Of a stretch of DNA of 64,000 nucleotides, positions 1 to 13,704 are shown one piece after another. This stretch comes from Prorocentrum cordatum (Eukaryota). Each line of letters begins with the position of its first letter. Within the stretch, counting starts at the first letter, position 1. The notes beneath the pieces were generated by a model. It made no database searches, was not told where the DNA came from, and saw nothing but the letters and a program-made list of their open reading frames with translations. The position numbers and the translations under genes were made by a program. The DNA is taken from NCBI GenBank assembly GCA_963575745.1, contig CAUYUJ010000114.1:682001-746000 (forward strand), in the 5' to 3' direction.

Positions 1-255
1 GCCGTGGGGGAGCCTCTTCGGGCCTCTTGGGAGCCTCTTGGAGGCCGTTTGGGGCGTCTTGGGGGCCTCTTGGCGGCCCCATGGGCTTCCAGGAGCGTCT
101 TGGGTGCCTCGGGGGAGCCTCTTGGGGCCTCTTGGGGGCATCTTGGGGGCATCTTGGGGGCCTCTGGGAGGCCTCTTGGGGGCCTCCGGGGGGCCTCTTG
201 GGGCCATCTTGGGGCCTCTTGGTGCCTCCTGGGCGCTTCTTGGGGCCATCTTGGA
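1..255 (+). repeat. Degenerate 10-11 bp GGGGCCTCTT-type minisatellite (also ~8205-8345, 36680-37260, 45465-46025, 54415-54585)
   Basis: Directly visible; it produces the spurious GASWGPLG ORFs. Confidence 0.9.
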
Positions 256-1443
256 GGAAATCGATCAAAGAAGAGGGGAGCTTTAATTAGCGCTGCCCCC
301 TCAGAAGGGCAAAATGGGACCAAAACCTTAGTAAAATCAATGATTTCGGCTTGAAAGAAGAGGGGAGCTTTAATTAGCGCTGCCCCCTCAGAAGGCCAAA
401 ATTGGGCCAAAACCATAGTAAAATCAATTATTTTGGCTTCAACGAAGAGGAGAGCATTTTTTCTCCCCCCCCCCCGTCGGGGCCAGAATCCTCGTGAGGG
501 GTGTCGTTTTTTAGCCCTCCCAGGAGTCGAAAAAGACCCCTCTGACCACCCGCGGGGCGCCCTCTCCAGGCCCAGGGGGAGGGGGGAGGGGGAGGGGTAA
601 ACCCATCCCCGAAGGGGAAGAAGGGGGGTTGAGAACAGAGAGAGCTCCCTAAACCACTCACGCCCAAAGGGCTGGTGGGATTCTTTGCTTTTTAGGGGGG
701 GTGCCAGATCCCTACATGTCTAATTGTTCTATCCTGTGCCTCTTCCTGGCCACCAGGGGGCCAGGAACAATTAGAAACGAGCACAATTAGAAATGAGCAC
801 GATTAGAGATGGGCGACGTGTACGTTTCACGCTTGGATCGGCGCGTGATGTTCCACACCCACACCGACAGTCCCCGCCAAGACAGTCCGCGGTGGGCAAA
901 AATGGCAGTAAGTTAGGTTGCCAGCGTGCCCTTCAATGGAGAAGAAGAATATTCCCCACGCCCCTTGGATCTGTAGAAGTCACGGGGCACCCTTAAATGG
1001 TGGACAGCCAAGATATCTCATCCCGTGCACCCACTTTACTCTCTCTCTCTCTCTCACTCTCGCCCTCTCTCTCGCTCTCGCTCTCTCTCTCATTCGCTCT
1101 CTCACTCTCTTCCTCACCCTCGAAGTGGTTTCAAAATGTCTTGAACAGTTGGGTCGAATCGGGGTGCGTCCTTCTTGCAGATCCATCCTCAACCAGCGTG
1201 GCAGCCAGAGCGAGATTACACCAAACCAGCGCCGAAGCTCGGGGGCACGGCGTTTCCAAGATCGCAGGCAAAGCTCATGAAGCTGTAAAGCGAGGCTTCG
1301 GCATACTTGAGAGGGGGTGAGCTGTGTTCTGGCGCCAACGAGGTGCCGCTCGGTCGCACGGGGAATCGTGGCCAGGCTGTCCGCGAGCCGCTGGCAGTCC
1401 CCTCGGGGGCTGCTGGCGGTCGCCCTCGTGAGACCGACGCATG

Positions 1444-1651
<208 letters not shown>

Positions 1652-2881
1652 GCGGAGACAGGCACTCCTCCTTCCGCCACGACATGGCAGCAACCGCCAG
1701 CCGCGGATGCGCCAACCGTACCTGTGACGGGTGCGCGGAGGCCGAAAAATGCCGCGGTGCCCGAGCTGTGTTTGCGGGCCTGGGCGTGCGGCCCGAGGGC
1801 GGACGGGAGGCGGGCGCCGTGCACAGAGAGCGGGAGGCAGGCTGGGCAGTGGCCGTGGTGATGCGCGCACGTTCTCGCGAAGGGGTCCAGCGCAGATCCA
1901 AGACATCAGAAATCCAGTGCAGATCCAAGATTCTCGTGAGGGGTCCAGTGCAGGTCCAGGGGCTCTGATGAGGAGGAGGAGGAGCAGATCCAAGAAATTC
2001 GCGAGGACCTCTGACAGTGGATGTTGATGCGCTCAGGTCGATCCTTCTCGTTCTAGGCAATGGCGGCGTGCATGCGCACGCATACACACATGCACACACG
2101 CCCCTGCGGGGGCCACGTGATGTGCGCACGTTCTCGCGAGGGGTCCAGTGCAGATCCAACATGGGGCCAAAAGCGTAGTAAAATCAGGGATTTGGGCTTC
2201 CTCGCCGAGGCCGTTCTGGACGCCCTGACGCCTCCCCGTGGACCCCTCCCCCACCCCTTCGAGGAGGGGTTTACCCCACCCCTTCGGGGAGGGGTAAACC
2301 CCTCCCCGAAGGGGTGGGGGAGGGGTCCACGGGGAGGGGGTAGGGGGAAGAGGGAGGGGTGGAAGAGGAAAGGCCCTAAACCACCGACGCCCAGAGGGCT
2401 GGTGGAATTCGCGCGGACCTCTGACAGCTGATGTTGATGCGTTCGGGTCGATCCTGCTCGTTTTGGACAATGGCGGCGTGCATGCGCACGCATGCACACA
2501 TGCACACGCGCCCCTGCACATTCGGCGGGTGGCGTGCGGCTCTTTCCGAGGCGCGCGAGGCAACGACACACGCACACAAACACACTCAAATCGTGCAGTC
2601 GCAGAGTATTGACACATGCGGTTCACTACATCCTGAAAGTCTAGACAACACTTTGATGTAGGAGGAGTCGTGATGCCGATGTTGCCCTGCAGAACGGAAT
2701 GAGAGCAATGACGTGCAGTTCACCGCCAAGTGGCTTGCGTGACCGCGTTGGAATACCGTATAGGTGTTGTGCCGCTGGCACTTGACCAGGCTTGAGGCCC
2801 CAGTCTGATTACGTAGCAGTCCTGATCCCAAGTTGCAATCGAACGGCAGCTTGTCGAGGCAGTGGATGATAAGATGCCGAG

Positions 2882-3052
2882 GCCTTGCACCACTACAAAC
2901 CCACCCCCTTGTACTTCATGGATGAGATCGATGCTGCCCTCGACTTCCGGAACGTGTCCATCATCGCCAACTACATTAAGGAGCGCACGAAGAATGCGCA
3001 GTTCATCGTTATCTCATTGCGAAATCATATGTTCGAGATGGCCGACCTTCTT
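2882..3052 (+). CDS. SMC4: Exon of condensin subunit SMC4 (C-terminal ATPase head, Walker B/D-loop)
   Basis: Translates ALHHYKPTPLYFMDEIDAALDFRNVSIIANYIKERTKNAQFIVISLRNHMFEMADLL, the conserved SMC4 C-terminus. It is preceded by AG (2880-2881) and followed by a GC donor (3053). No upstream exon was found in the window. Confidence 0.95.
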
Positions 3053-4732
3053 GCCAGGGCTTTAGCAGACCCTGATCCGTCCATGGATTTGCGATGACCG
3101 CGAAGACAACCGCGACAACGGCGATGGCGACGACGTAGTCGTTGCAGGGGCTCGCACATGGATCGGCAGTCCATTGATTGATCCGAGAACTTCCACGCTG
3201 TGGTTTGTTCACAACGTGGACCCCTGGAGGAGTGAATTTGGGATAGTTGTTTATTCCTGAGTTGTTTTTGACGTTATCAGGGCCCTGAGAGGGCCATCAC
3301 TGCCCGCAAATGGCCAGCAATGTCAGTCGTGCTTGTGCGCGATGAAAGGAGTTCTGGGATAGAGCCAGGGCGACCGATCCGATTAGTCCCTAGACAGGCG
3401 GGAGCTGGGTCCCCAGATTTCCCGCGATTGGACAGAACAAAAATGGCCAGAGGCTTCGTCGCTATTCTTCCGAGCCCCGAAACCGTCCTTGGGCGCCCAG
3501 GGGGCCCTCAAAGAACGACCTGCTACGAAAGTTTGGCCCCTGGGGCAGGGAGCGAGGGAGAGCTCCAAGGGGTCCGAGCAGATTGGGTCGGAGGACGCGC
3601 AGGGCTCGCTTCGATTCCTCCGATTCGATTCGACTCGACTTCGTTGGCTTCCGATTCCGATTCGACTCGACTTGGGACTCCGAGCTGGGTGCCGATCTCT
3701 CATTATTGGAGGCATGCCAGCCTGCCGATTTCCTGCGATTCGACTCTGCCCGGCTCGGCTGCCGGCTTTCGCCGGTTCGATTCATGTCAACCCGATCCGA
3801 TGTATCGATTCGATGCTGGGCTCTCCTGCCGCGCGCATCGCCGACGTCGTCGATGTATCCATTCGATGCTGGGCTCCCCTGCCGCGCCGCATCGCCGATG
3901 CATCGCCGACGTCGTCGAAGCGTCGCCGATGCACCGCCGACGCTCGCCCAGGCGTGAAGGTCTCTGAGGGGCCCGGCGGCTCGAGTCGTGTGAGGCGCCG
4001 GAGGCCTGGGGAGGAGGAGGAGGAGGAGGAGGAGGAGGAGGAGCAGGAGGGGGAGGGGGAGGAGAGGAGGAGGAGGAGGGGGAGGGAGGAGGGGGAGGAG
4101 GAGGAGGAGGAGGAGGAGGGAGGAGGAGGAGGAGGAGGAGGGAGGAGGAGGAGGAGGAGGGGAGGAGGAGGGTCACTGTGCAGCAGCTCATGGGTGCCTC
4201 GTGCCCAAAGGGGGGCAGCAGAAACAGACACGGGTAAACGCAGGTTTCTAGGAGCAGATATGGACACAGGAGACAGGGATGGGGAGACAAAAAAGCTCCA
4301 GGAACATCGTGTCCTGGAAAATGTGTGTGTATTTATGTCTCCCTGGGTCCCTCGGAATTCCGTCTTTAGAGAAAGTGCATTGGCGTGCGCTAGCGTCTGG
4401 TAATCGATGAGAAAGTGCCGATCTGGCGTCGATGAGCGTCGAGAGGCGCCGACTCGCGGGAGCCAGATGACATAGGAGGCTCCTACGAGTTGCCGCAGGA
4501 GGGTCAGGAATCAGACCGTGGATCACCCTGGGTCCCCAGGCCGACTGCGTGATTTTTTCACGTGGACCCCCGGAGGTCTGAACCCGTCCCTCGAGTCGGC
4601 TTGTCATCCTGAATCCCTTCTTGATTGTCGCTGGGCCTGGTGGGGGCCTCTGGTGCCCGAAAGTGAGGAGAAGCCTTCCGTCGTGATCCTGTCACGCCCA
4701 GAGGTGGTCTGGGCCAGGTCGGTGCTTCCGAG

Positions 4733-4840
4733 GTGGGGATCTACAAGACGCAGGATATCTCCAAGTCCGTGGGCATCAACCCCCACATTTTCGAGGTCAA
4801 GAAGGCGTTCGCCCCTCAGCCTGGCCAGAAAGCCCTCCAG
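4733..4840 (+). CDS. SMC4: Next SMC4 exon (3' end uncertain; frame stays open to 5011)
   Basis: AG acceptor at 4731-4732, then VGIYKTQDISKSVGINP, which continues ...MADLL in frame as expected for SMC4. The 3' boundary is a guess at a possible CAG|GA donor. Confidence 0.8.
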
Positions 4841-7800
4841 GAGACGCGGGCGACGAAGCCGTGGTGCTACGCTCTGGTCGGACAAAAGAGGGGGTTAGGG
4901 GAAGCGGGGGGGACACGAAGTCTGCTGCATGCCGCTGGCTTCGGCACTGCCGCTGGGCTCTTCCTTCCATGTATTGGCGCCTCGGGCGCCGGGAGGCGCT
5001 GGGAAAACTAGCTACCTGTCCACTCTTTGATGTGCACCCCCCTCTTTCTTCCAGCCCGATACGCTGATGGGGGACATGAGAGCACCGGTTTCGAAACCAT
5101 GCGCGGGGACCTCCGACATGCGATGCACATCGTCGTCTCGCGCTCCCTTCCTCCATCCCTCAGCGGCAACGTTCGGGGGGGATAGGCCAGGGGGGGGGAC
5201 GCATCGAGCCCTCATCGCCCACTCATCGCCGATATGGGGGCCCGACAGCCCACCTGCCCAGGAAAGGGCGGATCTGTTCTCCTGGAACGACCGCCGATCT
5301 ATTGGCAATGCATCGTCGGTTCGATTTCGGCATGTCCGCCCCTGAGTACTGCACGAACGAACTGGGCACGGAAGGAATGGGTTTAATACCCAACAGCAGT
5401 TCTTGTTCATTTTGAACAGGGCTCGCTGTCCGCGCCGCCGCGGCCTGTGTCCATTTGAGACAGAGGGCCGCCTGCCCAACAGCGGCCGCTGCTGGTTTGG
5501 GACAACATTTGTTGTTGGGCATTGTACCCATCCTTTCCGTACCCATTTCGGACGTCCAAATCCTCCTCCTCCTCCTCCTCCTCCTCCTCCTCCTCCTCCT
5601 CCTCCTCCTCCTCCTCCTCCTCCTCCTCCTCCTCCTCCCCCTCCTCCTCCTCCTCCTCCTGCTCCTCCCCCTCCTCCTCCTCCTCCTCCTCCTCCTCCTT
5701 CCGTGCCCATTTCGGGCGTCCAAATGAGCCGGTGCCCCCAGACTGTTCCCTTTCGCTCCCTCGACGGCGCGCCGCCTGCCTCTCGGGTTCACTCCACGGC
5801 GAGCCTTTAAGTATGCAGGGCGGTCCGCCCCTGCACCACCCCCACTCTGGCCGAGGGGGAGAAGACGAGGCCCACTTTCGGGCCGGACGAAAGGGGGGGA
5901 TTGGGAAAGGGGGGGTTACGAAATCTGCTGCATGCAGCTGGTTTCGGCCCCACCGAGGGGCCTATTCCTCGATACATAGCCGCCTCCGGCGCCGGGAGGC
6001 GCCGGGAAAATCAGCTACGCGAGCTGATTCTCAAACCCCCCCTTGGCTATCCCCTCCTTTCGCCCGACCCGACACCTGACCTTCCTGGTCTGTGGCGTGT
6101 CTTGAGGGCTCGGGGGTCGCAGGGGCCCATGTGCGCACACGAGTCTGCCAGGGGTGGTGGAGAAAGCCGGAGCGGATGCCGGCACTTTTCCACACGGCTT
6201 GACGTTTCCAAGAGCTCGGGGGTGGACAGAACCCCCAACAGTGACACGTCGATTGGAGAATTGTCCGTTTTCGGTTCTCGAGAGGGCGCCGTGGCCGTTA
6301 TTTTCCAGGCTTGCGCCCGCCAGGTTTGGGCCTCAGGTCGTTTTCACGAAACCACGTTTTACTAAAGGGGGGTCTGTCCATCCCCGAAGGGCCCTGTTCC
6401 ATACGTCTCGCCTCGCCGTTGCCCGACCGGCTCCTCGGTGACGCCCCGGGGCCCATAGGGTCCATTTCGATCCGACCGGTCCGACCGACATCGCTTCTGG
6501 CCGGCCCGATCGGATCCGATCTCGATGTGCCGACGATCCAGTGCGGCCCTCCTGCTGCTTCTCCTCCTCCTCCTTTTCCTCGTCCTCCTCGGCCTCGTCT
6601 TCCTCCTCCTCCTCCTCCTCCTCCTCCTCCTCCTCCTCCTCCTCCTCCTCCTCCTCCTCCTCCTCCCGATCTTCGCACGACGTGTGGTGCATATTGGCGC
6701 GGCCGATCCGGTCTGATTCCGACCCTCCCCATGCAGCCCGATGCGACGCACACTCCGATTCGGCGCACGTCCCCGCCTCGTTGCTGACTGATTATGCAGA
6801 TACGCCCGCGCCGATCCTGGCCAGGCCAGCCCCTGGGCCCAAGAGTGGTATACAGTCAACGCGCACGGTGAGGACACGCGATTTCCCGAGGCGGCTACTG
6901 CGTCCTTGCCGCTTCAGCCAGTGTGCTTCGGGTGGGGCAGTAATCGTCCCCCCTTGGATCCGCTGGGGGGTTGGGCACGTGCTGTCGAAACGGGTGGCCA
7001 GGAGGTTGTAGGAGGAGGAGGAGGAGGAGGAGGAGGAGGAGGAGGAGGAGAAGGAGGAGGGGCAGGAGGAGGAGGAGGAGGAGGAGGAGGAGGAGGAGGA
7101 GGGGGAGGAGGAGGAGGAGGAGAAGGAGGAGAAGGAGGAGAAGGAGGAGGAGGAGAAGGAAGAGAAGGAGGAGGAGGTGGAGGAGGCGTGGGCATGGGCA
7201 AGCTCCGTCGGAAGGTTTGTCGCCCACCCCTCGATTCACATCCCACCCAGAGTGCCCCTGGAGCTGGCGGCGTCCAAGGCGCTTTGCGTCCTCAACGCGC
7301 GCCCGTGCATGATCACTTGGCACTGCACACGCCCTCCTGGCAGGGCCAGGAGGGCGCATGCGCCGATCCTCGGCCCAGGATGGGCCTTGCCGGGACCGAT
7401 GCACAGGCGCACAGCACAGTTGGTGCCCCGCGATCCTCCCATTTCGGGGGATCGGCCACGGCCGTCCTCCCGCCCGTACGCCTCCTGCTGCCCCCCCGCT
7501 CCCAGGGGCGCCCAGGTGGGAGCAGGGCACGGGCAACCAGCAGCTTGGCTTCCCGTGGCCTGTTCTCTTTGTTCAAGCCGTGGCCCCCCCTCCTCGCATA
7601 GCTCCGGCGCGAGCAGGGGGATGCCCATGGGGAGGCTAAGCGCACCCAGCTTCCCTCCGCTCTGGGCGGCGACAACGATGGCGAGAGGGGGGGAGGGCCG
7701 GATGGAGGAGGGAGGAGGAGGAGGAGGAGGAGGAGGAGGATGAGGAGGAGGAGGAGGAGGAATAAGACCAGTGCAAAGCAAGATTCATCAACGATGTTGG

Positions 7801-8149
7801 AATATACACGTCCTCCAAGCTTCCTCTTCATAGGCCCATGCAAGGATTCATTCCCACTGAGGGAAGTGCTTGGAGATCCTGAAGCGTGCCAACACCGTTC
7901 TCATCATTTCAACGCCACGAGTCGACCTGGACATTCTGAATCGAGCCAGAACACCAGTCCTTGAATTTCAACACCGCGAGTCAACGTAACTGCTGTGCCC
8001 TGACAATCCAGATTCGTTCCAAATCGCATTTTCTGGTAAGTTAACCATGACAGTCCGCGAATCTCGGACAACTGTTTGAAAAGAATGCGCGTGCTGCTAA
8101 AGCGAGAGCCATATTGGAGAGGCCTTACGGCCGGTGCCGCCGACCCTGA

Positions 8150-8199
<50 letters not shown>

Positions 8200-11100
8200 C
8201 GCTCTCGGGGGCGTCTTCGGGGTTGTTTTGGGGCCTCATGGGTGGGTCTTGGGGGCCTCATTGGAGCCTCGAGGGGGCTTCTTGGGGCTTCCTGGGGGTC
8301 TCTTGGGGCCCTCTTGGGGCCTCGTGGGGGGCTTCCTGGGGGCCGCCCGCAAGACGGCTTCGAGAAGTCTCCAAGAAGCTTCCAAGATGGCCCCAAGATA
8401 GCCTACATGACGGCCCCCAGAGGCAAGCGTGCACGAGTGTAGTTATGTATGTGCGTATGAAAATTCCAAGGGGCAACACTTGGCCTGGCGAAGGGCCCAG
8501 CCCTATGCAGCTGCGCGCCCACGCCCACACACCCGCCGCCACACACACACACGCATACACTTTTCCACACACACACACAAACCCACACCCCCACCCGCGC
8601 CCACGCCCACGCCCACGCTCACACCCACGTCCACACTCACACCCACACTCACGCCCACATCCACAACCGCGCCCACACCCACGCCGAAGCCCACACCCAC
8701 GCCCACCCCCACGCCCACACCCTCACCCGCACCCACGCACACGCCCACACCCTCGTCCACACCGACGCCCACAAATACGCCAACACCCACACCCGCGCCC
8801 ACATCGCCCACCCCCATGCGAGACTGGTGCGGCAGTTCGCAGAACCCCTCCTGGATTCTCCCAGAGGAAATTGTTTTGAAGGTTTTCCAGGGCTCTGGGG
8901 GGGAGGGCGAGGAAGGTTTTAGAAGGTTGTTCCAACAATTGTCCAACAACCTTCCAAAAAAACACCTTCCAAAATTGAGCGAGATCGCCCAATAAATTCC
9001 AGAAACGTTCCCAAAACCTTCGAACACCTTCCAGAACTGTCCAACATCCTTCCAACACCCGTCCAACAACCCGCCAACAAGTTCTTGTACATAGAATAAC
9101 CTTCAGAAAGACCTTCCTGAGGCAGGCTTGAACAGAATTCGCGTTGCGCTAAAGCGAGAGCCATATTAAAAAAACGAGCCGTCCTCGATTTTTCAAGATC
9201 TTACAGGATTTTAGAACGAATGTGCTCGGCTCTAAGGCGAGAGCCGCATTTTGAAAACCACTTGTCCTGGATCCATGAGATTTCTGCAGTCGTTGAAACG
9301 AACGTGCGCGGCGGCGCCAATGCTAGAACCACATTTTGAACGCGACCCACCCTCCATCTGTGAAACTGGCGTCAGCTTTTTACCTTGAGGCTCATATATG
9401 GTAAGCAAGTCTCAGGCGAAACGCCCGGCCCGCCCTTCCGACTGGCCTCGGGGTGCGACAGGGAGGAGTTATCCATAAGGGCAAGGAACGGAGGAGGAGG
9501 AGGACGAGGAGGAGGAGGAGGAAAAGGAACGAGGAGGGAGGAGGAGGAGGAAAAGGAACGAGGAGGGAGGAGGAGGAGGAGGACGAGGAGGAGGAGGAGG
9601 AGGAGGAGGAGGAGGAGGAAAGGGAGTGGCTTGCGACGCCGAGGGCGGCAAAAAGGAGGCCACTGCGAGCTGCCTGGAGACAGCTGGCCACCCGCCGCCA
9701 GCCGCCGCGCCTGCCGCAGAGGTGGCCGCCCCTGCCGCGCTGGCCGCGCCGCGGCCCGTCGCCGACGTGCCCCCTTGGGCGCTCTACCCTGGAGTGGACC
9801 CGGGCAGTGGCCCCGGAAAGGAAGACAAGCTGGGTTCCCCCCGCGCGGGCCCCCTCGGCGCCCCCCCCCCCAGCCCTCGGGGTTACAGTGAGCGGCTTGA
9901 ATAAGGAACACTTACTTTTCAAAAGGGGCTCGGTCGTTCCTCAGGTTCCCATGGTTTATTTACAAGTCCTCATGCGTTCTTGATTATTTATCGTTCCTTA
10001 TGCGTTATTTCTTGGGATCAAAAGGGGCTTCGTTGCTTATTTATCGTTCCTTAGGTCAGGCCGATGATTGTACGTCGCCGAGGACCCCTCCCCCGCCGCC
10101 GCGGCCGGATCCGCCACGACATCCCGAGCTGCAGGTCGCGGCCGACCGGCTCATCCGCGTCGGCAAATTTCCCTTGGGGGCCGGGCGAACGCGGCCGCCA
10201 CTGCGGACACATTCTCCATGTGCTGTCCGATCAGCAGCGTGTGCTCCAGATTTCGTAATAAAAGAGAGGGGGTCACAACCCTCCCAGACGAGAAGTTTTA
10301 GACCCCCCCAGACCATCCACGAAAGAGCGGCCCTTTGCCCAGACCCCCCCCGAACCCTCAAGACAGCTCAAATCAGACCCCCCCCCAAATGTGACCCCCA
10401 CCACTTTATTGTGGAATCCGGAGTACATCAACAGGGGTCACACTCTTGCCACCTATTGCTCTAGCGCTGCGGGCGGGAAGGCAGTTTCGAAGATGAGCGA
10501 CGCATCGATCTGGGTCGCCACGATGCGGGTCAGACTCATCAAAGCAATAGGTCTAGGAGGACGCGGGCGAGGAGAAGGAGGGCGAGATGGAGGAGGGCAT
10601 CAAGTGCTGGGAGACCCCTGCCAGTCATACTGACGCCGAGGAGCTGCGTGGCAAGCAGCAGAAGGGCGACGAGAAGCCTCCATCTCGGCATGCCCGCAGA
10701 CGCGCTGGACAGCGCGGTGCCACAACCGCCTCCGTGTCTGCAGTAACCTACGACATGTTGCAGGACAGATCCCTGGAACGTCACGGATCGCCCCTGGATG
10801 CCCTTAAGAAGACCTTGCGCCAGAGCCCAAACGTCCCCTATTCTTGGCCGCTGCGCAAGTCATGGACATCAGCTATGCCAGATCGGGTCCGAGGCTGTGC
10901 GCAGTCTGCACGCCGGTCATCTCCGAAGGCGCCGTTGTGCTGACTTGCCCATGCGGCCACATCGCGCGCCCCGGTCCCAGGTCGACCATTGCGTCTCTTG
11001 CGCCATATTCGACGCCTTGCTCTGGTGAGCATGCTTCTCGCCGCGCCGTTTGTTCCGACGCGCGGCCTTACGTCTTGAGAAGTGCGCCTCGGGCACCGGG

Positions 11101-11993
11101 GCAAACTCCCCCATTGCCGCCCACGCCTCGCCCCGCCCCGCCGCCAGGAGGAGCCGCCCGCCTCCCAGCCGCCCGCCAAGCGCCGCGCGCTCGCGGCCGC
11201 GGCGCCGGAGGCGCCGGCGACCGACATCGACTGAGAGGCGGGGCCGCGCCGGGCCAGCACGGCGGGGGCGGGGCGCGGTGCTCTCGGGGGGGTGTCAGGC
11301 AGTGGCGAAGCGTCCTGTGGCGTGCCTATAGCCCTACCAGGCAAGGTTTTTAGAACCTCTTGTGGCTTCCACGACATGTTCTCAGAGCATTTCTGGCGGA
11401 GTCTGGCTTGTTGTATCACATCGGGATTCTGTTCTAAGAACTCTGTTTTCGTTCTTCGGAAATTCTGGGGTTCTAAGAACCTTTCGTGGTAGGACTATAG
11501 GAATGCCGGGACGGTCGGTCCCTGCTCAAGGGTGGGCGCCGCTTCCTCGGCGGAGGGGAAGCGGGGCGACTCCACCGGCGGAGGCCGCGGGAGCCGAGGC
11601 TGACCACCCCCCCCGGGCGAGGCGAGGGCGAGCGGTGCTCTCGGCAAGAGCGCCCTCGAGGGCGCGAAGTTGTTCGCGCTTCGCGGTTCGGCTCCGATCC
11701 CTCCTCATCCTCTTCTCCCCTGGGAGGCGCGGCGCGAGAGCGCGAAGTTATTCGCACTTCGCGCCTCGCGCAGCGCGAGGCGCGAAGTTGGGAGCCCTTG
11801 TCTCGGAGGTGGTTGGCGGGGGGCCGCAGACGGTGGGCGGGCCCGCGAGCCGTGGGCTCGCCGTGGCGCCGGCAGGTCTTCGGGGCAGTGGGGCCGGAGG
11901 TGTCCCTGCGGCGTTCGGCCTGGAGGCACGGAGCCCTGTGCAGGCCCTGGGGCAGTCACGGAAGCAGCTCTGGATGTATGATGCTCCAACCTA

Positions 11994-12022
11994 ATCCAGA
12001 AGCCGCATTAAAGTGATCATTT
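11994..12022 (+). repeat. Left terminal inverted repeat ATCCAGAAGCCGCATTAAAGTGATCATTT
   Basis: Exact reverse complement of 36055-36083. Confidence 0.95.
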
Positions 12023-12134
12023 CCCCCCTCTGTGACAGAGGGGGTGTTTTTCGGACCCCCTCTGTGACAGAGGGGGTGCGTTCGGAGGCCCTCTGTGACA
12101 GAGGGGGTGCGTTCGGAGGCTCTCTGCGACAGAG
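12023..12134. repeat. Left subterminal array of the palindrome CCCCTCTGT-G-ACAGAGGGG (3 good copies, 1 degenerate)
   Basis: Centres at 12034, 12066, 12097 and 12128 (period 31-32 bp). Confidence 0.9.
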
Positions 12135-12558
12135 TTGCTCGTCATCCCGTTCCTCCTCATCCTGCTTCTTGATTTCGGATATGTCATGCTACCACTGCGC
12201 TCATCATCTTTGCGTCTGTGATCCTCGTCGTGTTGTTCCATGCGTCCTTTTCACAATTTCCACCACATTATCCTCCGTTGCCGTTCTGGCCCGCCATCTA
12301 CCTCGTCACTCTCCTTCGTCTGCATGTCCTTATTCTTTTCCGCTCTTTTTTCGCCTCCCTCTGGTTCGATTTCCGCTCTTCGTCCACTTCGTTCATTCGT
12401 TTCCAACCCCCCTTCCTTTCAAGTTCTCCGCCGTCCAATCACGTCGCGTCGTCCGCCGCCGCTATGCTCAAACCACCCCGCGCCCGTGGGATCGCCCGCG
12501 AGCACCGGTGCAGCTGGGCCCGTCGCGGCCTAACGCGCGCCTGCGCCATCGTCTTGCA

Positions 12559-13704
12559 ATGGGCGATGCAGGCGGATACACATGGGATGGCGCGGGAGGA
12601 TGGTGGGATAGCCGCAGCAGCGGCTGGCGTGGCTGGGAGGACGGCCATGATTGGTCAGCGAGGGGTTGGAGAGACTGGCGACAAGACGGGCACACGCCAA
12701 CGGAGGACGCCAAATGGCGCGATGGCCCTGCCGCCGCAGCAGCGGCGGCGGTCTCGTCTCAACGGCCGTCTCGCTTCGCCGCGCTTAGCGTTGTGAGCCC
12801 CCGCGCCCCTGGTCTCGGCAAGCCCGAATTCGATAATTTCGTGAGGGCTGCCCTCCGAAACGTACCAGAACTTGGGAACACAGTTTCAGGAGAGGGGTCG
12901 GGATCCCGAGCCGCGCCTGCGGCGCAGGAGCCCCGCGCCACCGCAGCGGCGGCGGCGCGCGGGCCCCAGGATTTCGAGAAGTTTGATGTTAATTATTTTT
13001 TGAGTTATGAAGAGAGGCTCGGCACTTCGTTTAAGCAACACAATCAAGCGTTGAAATGGTGGCGCCATCTGAATGAAGACCCAACTGCCCCGTTCGAGTC
13101 AGAAGCCAAGTGGTTTGACAATGCGAAGCCCACCATGGTCGCTGTTTGCGACCACGGTGCGAGGACGAGCTTTGGTTTCAAAAGCGACGAGGAAGTCCCT
13201 TGGCGGTGGCAAGAGATGGTGGCGACGCTCTGGGAGGAAGATATCAGGGAGGTCGTGGAGGGGCCCCGCAGCAGCGGGGCTCTGATCGGCTGTCCCCTCG
13301 AAGTCCGGCCAAACAGCTACGACCACATGCGTCAGAGTATTGTGCGCGCGCGACAGTTCGCGGGGCAGCGGGTGAAAGTGAAGCTGCCGATGTGGGATTT
13401 CGTGTTGCACCGCGACGACGGGACAGGCGTCCGTTTACACCCGCACTGGGGCGACAGGAAGGTCGAAGCTCTGCCCCTCGTCCCCCGCGCGGACACGGCG
13501 AGGCCACCAACCGCGGGTTTGGGCGGGAGCGACGGGTCAGGAACTTTTCGCTGGTACAAGGACCTCGGTGTGGAGCGTAAGGTCAAGCTCGACGCCGCCA
13601 GAGAGAAGGGGAGGCCGACGCCCTCTCAGGGACCCCGCAGCAGCGGGGCCGCGGCGTCCAGCACCAGGCCCTCGGCGTCCGCAGCAGCGGGTGGCAAACA
13701 GTAG
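12559..13704 (+). CDS. Transposon cargo ORF1, hypothetical protein (~381 aa; W/G/R-rich N-terminus plus globular domain)
   Basis: ATG at 12559 after a pyrimidine-rich leader. Complex protein-like core (QHNQALKWWR...WRWQEMVA...WDFVLHRDDGTGVRLHPHW). No family recognised. Confidence 0.7.
   Translation: MGDAGGYTWDGAGGWWDSRSSGWRGWEDGHDWSARGWRDWRQDGHTPTEDAKWRDGPAAAAAAAVSSQRPSRFAALSVVSPRAPGLGKPEFDNFVRAALRNVPELGNTVSGEGSGSRAAPAAQEPRATAAAAARGPQDFEKFDVNYFLSYEERLGTSFKQHNQALKWWRHLNEDPTAPFESEAKWFDNAKPTMVAVCDHGARTSFGFKSDEEVPWRWQEMVATLWEEDIREVVEGPRSSGALIGCPLEVRPNSYDHMRQSIVRARQFAGQRVKVKLPMWDFVLHRDDGTGVRLHPHWGDRKVEALPLVPRADTARPPTAGLGGSDGSGTFRWYKDLGVERKVKLDAAREKGRPTPSQGPRSSGAAASSTRPSASAAAGGKQ

Noticed and set aside
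12023..12134. Palindromic repeat arrays (also 23900-24087 and 35960-36044) as CRISPR
   Set aside because: The spacers are short and nearly identical, no cas genes are present, and the arrays adjoin transposon TIRs.
12013..12558. 5' extension of ORF1 given in the track
   Set aside because: It runs through the TIR, the palindromes and a pyrimidine-rich leader; ATG 12559 is the more plausible start.
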